Part shown: positions 8,001-15,270 of the stretch, one piece after another | How positions within the stretch are numbered: the first letter of the stretch is position 1 | Layout of the letters: each line of letters starts with the position of its first letter | DNA from: Candidatus Micrarchaeia archaeon | GTDB lineage: Archaea; Micrarchaeota; Micrarchaeia; Anstonellales; J096 | DNA length: 22,144 nucleotides | NCBI GenBank assembly: GCA_041500405.1 | Contig: JBGQMB010000016.1 | Location: 1 to 22,144 of the forward strand | Reading direction: 5' to 3' | Translations under genes and position numbers: made by a program | Notes under the pieces: generated by a model | What the model was told of the DNA's origin: nothing | Databases searched by the model: none | Seen by the model: the letters and a program-made list of their open reading frames with translations, nothing else

Positions 8001-9186
8001 TGATTTGAAGAAGAAGGAAAAGAAGGACTATTCGTGGGGCGCAGAGGCTCAAAAAACCGTGCCAAAGCCCGTGCAGAGGCTGAAGCTTGTTGTTCCGGCG
8101 CTGAAGCCGGTCCAGAAATTCGCTGCCCAGGCGGCGCCAAGGACAGAAGAAATTGTGCCGCAGGCCAAGCAGGCGCCGGCGCAGGCAATGATAAAGCTCT
8201 CTAACGAGCCGGCAAAGGAGCTTGAGGACGTCATGGAGCACGTGAAAAAGATGCATAAAAACCTTGTCGGAAAAATCGGCGAGGAAACCGCGGAGCGCGC
8301 AATCACGGCATACATAAAGTTGACGACCTCATACGACAGGCTCCACAATTATCTGGAGAACAAGGAAGCAGACGTACAAAAACTCAATGGAATGCTTGCC
8401 AATTTCCTGGGCAGCTTGAACAGTTATTCCATAGCATCCACAAGGGATTATAACCTATACAGGTCTGCCCACAAAAAAGGGGTGGTTGAGGGAACGATGG
8501 ACTGGGCAGTGCCGGTCGGAACCGGAATAGCCGCATTGATTGCGCTTAGGAAAGGGAAGAAGGAGGGAATCAAAGGGCTGAAAAGCGCGGCCGCACAATT
8601 GAAAAAGGTCAGCGCGCTCAGGGCAGAGGCGAAGCTGCTTGAGAAGGGTATAGCCGGATACGCCAAGCTAGGCAAAAAGGAGCTTGGTCCGATATACCAG
8701 TGGCTTGTAAGGACAGGAATCGGGACTGGTGCAGTGGTTGCCGGCGGGCTTGCTGGAGGGACGTTTGAATACTCATGGGATTCCATGTTCCGCAGCATGA
8801 AAAAAGGCGAAATAAGGCAGTTTTTCTTCAACCAGAACAAAATCATCAATGGCATGAGGGATGAACTGACTGCCCTGCAAAAGCAGAACACAACCGATAA
8901 TAAAGCCTTGGCAGGCCAGATAGATGCGGCGTGGCTGGGCCTTGACAACGCACAGGCTAAGATGAGGGCCGCTGAGGCAGCGATTAGCAAGGGGCAGAAG
9001 GCCCCGGACTTCATGGGCGACTTTTACAAGTCTGCCACCGCGGTGGCGGTAATAAGCATAACCCTCCCATGGATTTTTGCTGGCGGCGCAGCGGGCCTTA
9101 AGGCAGTTTCAAAGAAGATGAGGGAAGCCGAGAAGCTCAGGGCCGCAGAGATGAGAAAGCTGGCCAAGAAAGGAAAGAATAAATAA
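7978..9186 (+). CDS. Hypothetical helical protein with Gly/Ala-rich hydrophobic segments (cluster gene C, paralog of gene A)
   Basis: MGDVQKLP...DYSWGAEAQKT N-terminus shared with gene A. Hydrophobic segments are WAVPVGTGIAALIAL, GIGTGAVVAGGLAGG and AVAVISITLPWIFAGGAAG. Confidence 0.85.
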   Translation: MGDVQKLPDLKKKEKKDYSWGAEAQKTVPKPVQRLKLVVPALKPVQKFAAQAAPRTEEIVPQAKQAPAQAMIKLSNEPAKELEDVMEHVKKMHKNLVGKIGEETAERAITAYIKLTTSYDRLHNYLENKEADVQKLNGMLANFLGSLNSYSIASTRDYNLYRSAHKKGVVEGTMDWAVPVGTGIAALIALRKGKKEGIKGLKSAAAQLKKVSALRAEAKLLEKGIAGYAKLGKKELGPIYQWLVRTGIGTGAVVAGGLAGGTFEYSWDSMFRSMKKGEIRQFFFNQNKIINGMRDELTALQKQNTTDNKALAGQIDAAWLGLDNAQAKMRAAEAAISKGQKAPDFMGDFYKSATAVAVISITLPWIFAGGAAGLKAVSKKMREAEKLRAAEMRKLAKKGKNK

Positions 9187-9221
9187 CCCTTTCCTTGTCT
9201 TTTTTCCCTCAAAAACAGCAA
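9187..9221 (+). terminator. T/C-rich terminator-like tract plus TCAAAAACAGCAA, directly before the leuS TATA box
   Basis: Pyrimidine run after the stop codon, the 13-mer shared with 6731-6743, then ATTAAAAG at 9224-9231. Confidence 0.55.
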
Positions 9222-9252
9222 ACATTAAAAGATATGCCGGCAGATGGATAGC

Positions 9253-11961
9253 ATGGATTCCGGCGGGATTGAGCAGCATATCTCAAAGCTATGGGAAAAA
9301 GAGGGGATGGACGCCTCGAACCCTGACAAGCGGGAAAAGAAATTCATAACAGCGGCGTTTCCCTATCCGAACAGCCCGCAGCACATCGGCCACGGAAGAA
9401 CTTATACGATAACGGATATCCACGCGCGATACCTCAGGATGAAGGGCTACAACGTGCTGTTCCCCATGGCATTCCACGTCACCGGAACGCCTATACTGGC
9501 AATGGCGGACAGGATAAAGGCAAAGGACAAGGAGATACTTGACATTTTTGAAAATATATACCACATCAGCAGGAGGGACGCGGAAAAGCTCACGAAGCCA
9601 GAGGACCTGGTGATGCATTTCAGCAGGGAAATAGAGCTTGGCATGAGGGAAATCGGCCTTATGATAGACTGGAGAAGGAAGTTCTATACCTTCGACCCGC
9701 ATTTCAACAGGTTCATAGAATGGCAGTTCAAAAAACTAAAGGAAAAGGGGCTGATAGCGCAGGGGGAGCACTATGTCCCATGGAGCCTGAAGCTAAACAG
9801 CGCCGTAGGTTCGCATGACACAAAGGGCGACGTTGACCCGCAGATGGAGGAAGTGTCGGCAATAAAATTCAAGTTCAAGGACGGATTCCTTGTTGTCTCG
9901 ACATACAGGCCTGAAACGGTTTTCGGGGCCACAAACATTTGGGTGAATCCTAATATTCCATACGTCAAGGCAAAGGACAAAAAATCCAAGGAGATTTATT
10001 ATCTCGGCGAGGAGGCGGCAGGGATGCTTGCCAACCAGCTTGACATTGAGGTTGTTTCAAAGGTTGAGGCAAATGAGATGTTGGATGGAACGGCAAAGAA
10101 TCCCGCGACAAACGAGGACGTTCCGATATTCAAGGCGTCGTTCGTGAAATCAGATATCGGGACCGGCATAGTGATGAGCGTGCCTGCGCACGCGCCGTTT
10201 GACTATGTTGCGCTAAGGGACATTGGAAAGGAAGGCTTGAGCAAGAAGATAATAGAAAGCTCATACAAGGGGATTCCGGCAAAGGAGGTTGTTGAAAAAT
10301 TCGGAATAAGGGACCAGAACGACGAAAGGCTGGAAGAGGCGACAAAGATATTGTATAAGGAAGAGGCGCACAACGGAAAGATGTCCGTTTACAAGCCCGG
10401 GCTTCCGGTCTCAAAGGCAAAAGAGGAGGTCAAGGCGCTTTTCATAAAGCAGAAAAATGCGTTCCCGCTGTGGATAATAGCAAACGCGCCGGTTTACACG
10501 CGGGAAGGGGACCAGGTAATTGTGAAAAAGGTAAGCAACCAGTGGTTCATCAACTACGGAAACAAGGAATGGAAGGACAAGGCAAGGGAAATGATCAACA
10601 AGATGTCGATAATCCCCGAAGGCGGAAGAAAGGAGATGCTTGCAACAATAGACTGGCTGGACATGAAGGCGTGCACAAGGGCAAAGGGTTTGGGGACAAG
10701 GTTCCCGTTTGACAAAACGCAGATAATAGAGTCATTGAGCGACTCAACTATTTACATGGCGTTCTACACCATTGCGCACAGGATAAAGGAGTTCAAGCCG
10801 GATGAGCTGGACGGGAAGTTCTTTGACTATCTATTTTTGGGCAAGGGAAAGCCAAAAAACAAGAAGCATGCTGAAATGAGGAAGGAGTTCCTTTACTGGT
10901 ATCCGCTTGATTCAAGCCACACCGCCTGGGACCTTGTGAAAAACCATCTGCCGTTCTTTGTGATGAACCACGCCGCAATCTTCGAAAAGAAGATGTGGCC
11001 AAGGCAGATAGTCCTCAACGGCTTCGTCCTTATGGACGGAAAGAAGATGAGCAAGAGCCTTGGCAACATTTTGCCGCTCAGGGAGGCGGTCAAAAAGTAC
11101 GGCGCAGACGTCGTGAGGTTTTCCGTTGTCGCCGGCGCGGAGCTGATGGAGGACACTGATTTCAGCGTATCGGTCGCAAACGGGATAGGGGAAAGGCTGG
11201 ACTACATTGTCGGAAAGCTGGGCAATGAAGAGGGGAAGGAAGAGGCCATAGACAAATGGATGGACGCGAAATTCAGCCAGAAGCTGGAGACGCTTGAGCA
11301 TAACTTCGATAATTTCGAGTTCAGGAAAATAGCGCTTGGATTCTTCTATGACTTTTACAGCGACATCAACTGGTACATGGCAAGAAAACAGGGGAAGCCG
11401 AGGCTGAAGGGGCTCATATCAAAATGGTCTCAGGTCATGGCGCCGTTCATGCCATTCACGTCAGAATATGTTTGGAGGGAAAGGCTCGGAAACAGGGGAA
11501 GCGTCTTTGCAAGCGGCATGCCGAAGCCCGGAAAATACGACAATGACATCATAAGGGCGGAGGAAACAATAAAGCTGCTCAAGGAGGACATTGAAAGGCT
11601 GATGGGCATCGTGAAAACCAAGCCCAAGAAAATATATGTTTATCTGCCGGCGGAATGGAAGTTCGGCCTGTTTGGCTATATGGCAGAGGCAAGGGACTTC
11701 AGCAAGACAATGGAATGGGCAAGGGAAAAGCACGGCGACAAAATGGAGTTCATAGCAAAAACAATGAAAGGCCTTGGCAACAGGCTTTACATGATGGAGA
11801 AGCCGGTGCCAAGGGAAAAGATGCGCGCGCAGATGGAAGACGCAAAGGCATTCCTGTCAAGGCAGTTTGGATGCGAAATTGAAATTGCGGAAGAGGAGGG
11901 CGCGAAGCACGAGAAGGCGAAGCTCTCAACGCCCATGAAGCCGTCCATAGTGCTTGAATAA
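9253..11961 (+). CDS. leuS: Leucine--tRNA ligase (archaeal type)
   Basis: FPYPNSPQHIGH, KMSKS, CP1 editing motifs (RPET, GTGIVMSVPAHAPFD) and IESLSDSTIYMA. Start is 9253 by TATA spacing, or 9244. Confidence 0.97.
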   Translation: MDSGGIEQHISKLWEKEGMDASNPDKREKKFITAAFPYPNSPQHIGHGRTYTITDIHARYLRMKGYNVLFPMAFHVTGTPILAMADRIKAKDKEILDIFENIYHISRRDAEKLTKPEDLVMHFSREIELGMREIGLMIDWRRKFYTFDPHFNRFIEWQFKKLKEKGLIAQGEHYVPWSLKLNSAVGSHDTKGDVDPQMEEVSAIKFKFKDGFLVVSTYRPETVFGATNIWVNPNIPYVKAKDKKSKEIYYLGEEAAGMLANQLDIEVVSKVEANEMLDGTAKNPATNEDVPIFKASFVKSDIGTGIVMSVPAHAPFDYVALRDIGKEGLSKKIIESSYKGIPAKEVVEKFGIRDQNDERLEEATKILYKEEAHNGKMSVYKPGLPVSKAKEEVKALFIKQKNAFPLWIIANAPVYTREGDQVIVKKVSNQWFINYGNKEWKDKAREMINKMSIIPEGGRKEMLATIDWLDMKACTRAKGLGTRFPFDKTQIIESLSDSTIYMAFYTIAHRIKEFKPDELDGKFFDYLFLGKGKPKNKKHAEMRKEFLYWYPLDSSHTAWDLVKNHLPFFVMNHAAIFEKKMWPRQIVLNGFVLMDGKKMSKSLGNILPLREAVKKYGADVVRFSVVAGAELMEDTDFSVSVANGIGERLDYIVGKLGNEEGKEEAIDKWMDAKFSQKLETLEHNFDNFEFRKIALGFFYDFYSDINWYMARKQGKPRLKGLISKWSQVMAPFMPFTSEYVWRERLGNRGSVFASGMPKPGKYDNDIIRAEETIKLLKEDIERLMGIVKTKPKKIYVYLPAEWKFGLFGYMAEARDFSKTMEWAREKHGDKMEFIAKTMKGLGNRLYMMEKPVPREKMRAQMEDAKAFLSRQFGCEIEIAEEEGAKHEKAKLSTPMKPSIVLE

Positions 11962-11965
11962 GGGA

Positions 11966-13471
11966 TTACAGCTGCACCAAATCCCTTATCCTTGAAAGAT
12001 AGGGACCCAGCATGGACATCGCAAGCTCTTTTTCTTTGGCAGTCACGCTGAACCAGATGAAGGGAAGCGCGATAAGGTATGAAATCGCGGTTATCACGCC
12101 GAACTCTAGGCAACTCTTCAGTATTGAAATCTGTATGGGCAAATCGAGCATGCCGCCCACATAGAGCGTCACAGGGACCATCAGCAGCGTGGGAAGGGCC
12201 ACGAGCCTCAGAATGTCCAGGACTATCCTTTTGAGCGGCAGTATGCCGCTTATCGTTATAATGGCAAAGTCATAGGTGAAGTTGGATATTGCAAGGGCTA
12301 TCGCGACGCCCAATGCGCCCATGCCAAGGGCATAAAAGAAAACCAGGTTGAGCGTTATCGTCAAAAACGATGCAGAAAGCGCGGTCAGCGCGGCTACCCT
12401 CGCCCTTCCCATGCTTATCATTATTTGCCTCACTGTGGCTGATATCGGGGTAAGGAAGAACCCCAAGATGAAGATGCGCGCAAAAAGCGCCCATTCCGTG
12501 TATCCGGGCGAAAGCACGGCTATGATGTTCTCCGGAAAAAGGAACGCCGCGACCGTTATCGGGTAAAACAGCAGTATGGCCCATTTTATCCCTGATTCGG
12601 CTATTGAGCTGCTGCTTTCCTTGAATTTGCCGGATCTCAGCACCGGGAAAATCGCGGTTCCGAGGTTGGCCGGTATCGCAAGCTGGATGTATTTGCTCGG
12701 CCCAAGCGCCGCGTTGTATCCGGCTATCTGGCTTTTCAGGTTGAACGCGCCGAGCATGAAGTTGTCTATGGAGTTCAGGAGCGTGCCGCCCAAACCGTCT
12801 ATGTAGAACCAAAGGCCGTTCGGGAGGCCATCGCGCAGATGGCGCATCGCCGCGCCCAAACAGCCGAAGTCAAGGCCAGTTTTCCAGAAAATGAAAATGC
12901 CGACAAGGGCGTTGTATACGGTCAGGGACCATAGGAAGATCATGACGTCGTTGCCTGAAAGCGTGCCGTGCAGGAGAACCAGCGCGGCTATGGCCGCAAC
13001 CCTGATTATCGGGAACAATGACGTTATCACAACCTTTTCCCTTATCCACAGCAGGTTCGTCAGGAATCCCTGTGTGTTGCCGAACGCGGTGTAGGCCATG
13101 GCGTACGCTATGAGCATCGCAGCGTCAGCAATGCCTATGGAAAACAGGTTGAGCGATATGATGGCATAAAACACTATTCCTGCCGTAATTCCGGAAAGGA
13201 TCATTGACAGGAGCATCAGCATGGCGCCCTCCTTCTTGCTCCTTGCATAAACCTCAGGAAGCTGGTAGTTGCAGCTGTAGGATATGACGCTGGAAAAGGC
13301 AAGGCCCGCGAGGGTTATTATTGAAACCAAAAGGAAATAGTCCGAAACAACGCCGCTGGGCGCGTACTTGAACAGCAGCGACATGTAGATTATCCCGAAG
13401 AACATGTAGAAGGCGAACGAGAAGAAGCTCGATGCTATTGACTTCACAGTCAGTTTCGCGGCCTCTGTCAT
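11966..13471 (-). CDS. MOP-superfamily (Wzx-like) oligosaccharide flippase
   Basis: Many TM helices with IDNFMLG...IAGYNAA and GMGALGVAIA motifs. Start at MTEAAK (13471), since the upstream extension runs through the tRNA-Tyr gene. Confidence 0.85.
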   Translation of the reverse strand: MTEAAKLTVKSIASSFFSFAFYMFFGIIYMSLLFKYAPSGVVSDYFLLVSIITLAGLAFSSVISYSCNYQLPEVYARSKKEGAMLMLLSMILSGITAGIVFYAIISLNLFSIGIADAAMLIAYAMAYTAFGNTQGFLTNLLWIREKVVITSLFPIIRVAAIAALVLLHGTLSGNDVMIFLWSLTVYNALVGIFIFWKTGLDFGCLGAAMRHLRDGLPNGLWFYIDGLGGTLLNSIDNFMLGAFNLKSQIAGYNAALGPSKYIQLAIPANLGTAIFPVLRSGKFKESSSSIAESGIKWAILLFYPITVAAFLFPENIIAVLSPGYTEWALFARIFILGFFLTPISATVRQIMISMGRARVAALTALSASFLTITLNLVFFYALGMGALGVAIALAISNFTYDFAIITISGILPLKRIVLDILRLVALPTLLMVPVTLYVGGMLDLPIQISILKSCLEFGVITAISYLIALPFIWFSVTAKEKELAMSMLGPYLSRIRDLVQL

Positions 13472-13515
13472 CCAATCAGTCCTTTCTCCATATGCCGTAA
13501 AGGCTTTAAAAAACG

Positions 13516-13614
13516 TCCCGCCTGCCGGATTTGAACCAGCAACCCTCCGGTAACTGCCATACGCAGTGCGCCGATAAACTACAGCCGGATGCTCTGCCGT
13601 TGAGCTAAGGCGGG
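13516..13614 (-). tRNA. tRNA-Tyr(GTA) with 27-nt intron at 37/38 (13552-13578)
   Basis: CCCGCCT/AGGCGGG acceptor stem (C1-G72, A73), TAGCTCAACGGCAGAGC D arm, TCCGG-CTGTAG^A-CCGGA anticodon arm and GGTTCAAATCC T arm. CCA is not encoded. Confidence 0.95.
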
Positions 13615-13685
13615 TTTTTAAGTAAGTTAACTGCACCCTATTTGTTTTTAAATTTTATGATAGACAGGCTTTCAAGGTGAAATCA

Positions 13686-13928
13686 ATGACAATGGCGATC
13701 TCGGAAATGATGGGAATGGACGTCTTTACTGACAGCGGGAAATTTCTCGGAACTGCGCAGGAGTTTATCATAGACGTTGAGGAAGGGAAAGTTGTTAGGA
13801 TACTTTTGGAGCCGCTCCCGGCATCCAAGGAGAAGGTCCTTGAGACGATGAAGGAAAAGAGCGTGCTTTACAACAGCGTGAAGTCCGTAAGCGATGTAAT
13901 AATCGTCACAAAAGGAAAGACAGATTGA
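13686..13928 (+). CDS. PRC-barrel domain protein
   Basis: ISEMMGMDVFTDSGKFLG...IIDVEEGKV and VKSVSDVIIV motifs. SD AGGTGA at 13675-13680. Confidence 0.9.
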   Translation: MTMAISEMMGMDVFTDSGKFLGTAQEFIIDVEEGKVVRILLEPLPASKEKVLETMKEKSVLYNSVKSVSDVIIVTKGKTD

Positions 13929-13942
13929 CACTGATTCCCCGC

Positions 13943-14440
13943 TCACGCGGGGGGACTTCTTTTCGCGTTTTTCAAGAACAGGACAGCGGAATTCTTGGCG
14001 TTTTGCCCATTTATAACGCAGACGCCGCTGCCCATTATGCCGTAAATGAAGACATCGCCGCTTTTGGCGAAAGCCAGGAACGCAAGCAGCGTAAGGTCCT
14101 CCTCGCCGTCTATGAGCACGGCGCCGCCTTTTGACATCGCCTTTTCCGCCGCATCAATCGCCTCCTCGGTGAGATAGCCTGCCGGGTTGGAAGCCTTGAT
14201 CGGGTTGGGGAAGCGGGAAAGGATAAGCCCCTTTTCCTCCTTTGTTATGGGGGCGCGCCTTGTCTTTAGGTCAAATACTGCCACAAACGGCGTTATCCCT
14301 TTTTTCAGCAACCCCAAAACAACCATGTCGCCGACGGCGATTATGCGGCTTTTGGGGATAAAGTCCGGCATTGAGGCATAAACAGGCCCCATCGGAATCC
14401 TTAGCCTGCTTTTAAGCTCCTCGTCGAACGCATAGGGCAT
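13943..14440 (-). CDS. DUF359 family protein (GTP-dependent dephospho-CoA kinase)
   Basis: LRIPMG, IAVGDMV, VFDLKTRR, NPAGYLT, IDGEEDL and IYG motifs. TTTATA lies 27 nt upstream of ATG 14440. Confidence 0.9.
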   Translation of the reverse strand: MPYAFDEELKSRLRIPMGPVYASMPDFIPKSRIIAVGDMVVLGLLKKGITPFVAVFDLKTRRAPITKEEKGLILSRFPNPIKASNPAGYLTEEAIDAAEKAMSKGGAVLIDGEEDLTLLAFLAFAKSGDVFIYGIMGSGVCVINGQNAKNSAVLFLKNAKRSPPA

Positions 14441-14537
14441 GAAACCATAATGCCGGAACGCTATAAATGCCTTTGCATGGGAATAATCGGAAAATATAAA
14501 AAGGTTCGTGTGATAGAGAGTGCCAAAGGTGTGAAAA

Positions 14538-14675
14538 ATGCCTGGAAAAAAGGACGATGACAAGGACAAGGACAAAAAAGAAGAAGACGACGATGACTTC
14601 GATGAGGAGGACTTCGACGAAGAGTTTGAAGACGAAGAAGACGAAGATTACGAAGAGGAGGACGAGGAGGAATGA
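14538..14675 (+). CDS. 45-aa hyper-acidic microprotein (MPGKKDDDKDKDKKEEDDDDFDEEDFDEEFEDEEDEDYEEEDEEE)
   Basis: Translated by hand, below the ORF-track cutoff. TATAAA at 14495, SD-like AGGTGTGA, GAN codons in a single frame and a T-rich tract after TGA. Confidence 0.8.
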   Translation: MPGKKDDDKDKDKKEEDDDDFDEEDFDEEFEDEEDEDYEEEDEEE

Positions 14676-14777
14676 CTCCTTCCTTCTTTTTTCACGACAT
14701 GTAAATCAGCACCGCAACGGCACACCCGGCGCATAGCAACGCATTTTAATGCTTCGCAGCATATTGTAACAGCAAGG

Positions 14778-14863
14778 GCAGGGGTCGCCAAGCTTGGTCA
14801 AAGGCGCTAGGTTCAGGGCCTAGTCTCCACTGGGGTTCGTGGGTTCAAATCCCACCCCCTGCA
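14778..14863 (+). tRNA. tRNA-Leu(CAG)
   Basis: GCAGGGG/CCCCTGC-A acceptor, CTAGG-TTCAGGG-CCTAG anticodon arm, long variable arm and GGTTCAAATCC T arm. Confidence 0.95.
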
Positions 14864-14869
14864 AAAGTC

Positions 14870-15025
14870 CTTTCTTTTGCGAAAGAAAGCACTTGGGGAA
14901 AGAAAAGCCTTTTGGCTGCGCTGAGCCCAGGGAAAAACCGACGGCGTTTTTTGCTTGAGGTTTTTAGGAAAAGGCTCCGCGGAAAGAAAACTGCGGAAGA
15001 CCCCGCCTGATTTGACTTAAAAACC
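14870..15025. other. Multi-hairpin intergenic segment
   Basis: Stems CTTTCTTT/AAAGAAAG, CTTGGG/CCCAGG, AGCC/GGCT, AAAAAC/GTTTTT, AGGTTTTTA/TAAAAACCT and CCGCGG/CTGCGG. Confidence 0.5.
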
Positions 15026-15045
15026 TTTCCTTGTCTATGGATAGC

Positions 15046-15270
15046 ATGGAGATGCGGAGGCTGGCCTGCAAGAACTGCGGAAGGGACGTTTCATTCAGCC
15101 TCTCAACCGAGCTCAAGGATGCGCACATGTCAATATTCGGCAAGTGCCCGCACTGCAACTCGACAATCCAGCTGGAGATATACCCGCAGAACTTAGAGAA
15201 GAAAAAGGGAGTTGACATGAATGCAATCAGCATGCCGGATGACACGAACCTGGACGACATTCTTTCTTAG
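15046..15270 (+). CDS. Small zinc-ribbon protein
   Basis: CKNC and CPHC pairs with an acidic tail. TTAAAAA lies 29 nt upstream of ATG 15046 (15037 is an alternative start). Confidence 0.75.
   Translation: MEMRRLACKNCGRDVSFSLSTELKDAHMSIFGKCPHCNSTIQLEIYPQNLEKKKGVDMNAISMPDDTNLDDILS

Noticed and set aside
13472..13636. N-terminal extension of the flippase ORF (556 aa in the track)
   Set aside because: It reads through the tRNA-Tyr gene. The protein-like sequence begins at MTEAAK (13471).
14441..14575. N-terminal extension of the DUF359 ORF
   Set aside because: It covers the divergent promoter region and the antisense strand of the acidic microprotein.
9253..14863. Functional link between leuS and the nearby tRNA-Leu(CAG)
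   Set aside because: They are separated by several unrelated genes and separate promoters, so the proximity is probably coincidental.
14864..15030. RNase P RNA or SRP RNA after tRNA-Leu
   Set aside because: AAAGTCC only partly resembles the RNase P GAGGAAAGUCC motif and no matching 3' conserved region was found. No SRP helix-8 motif is present.
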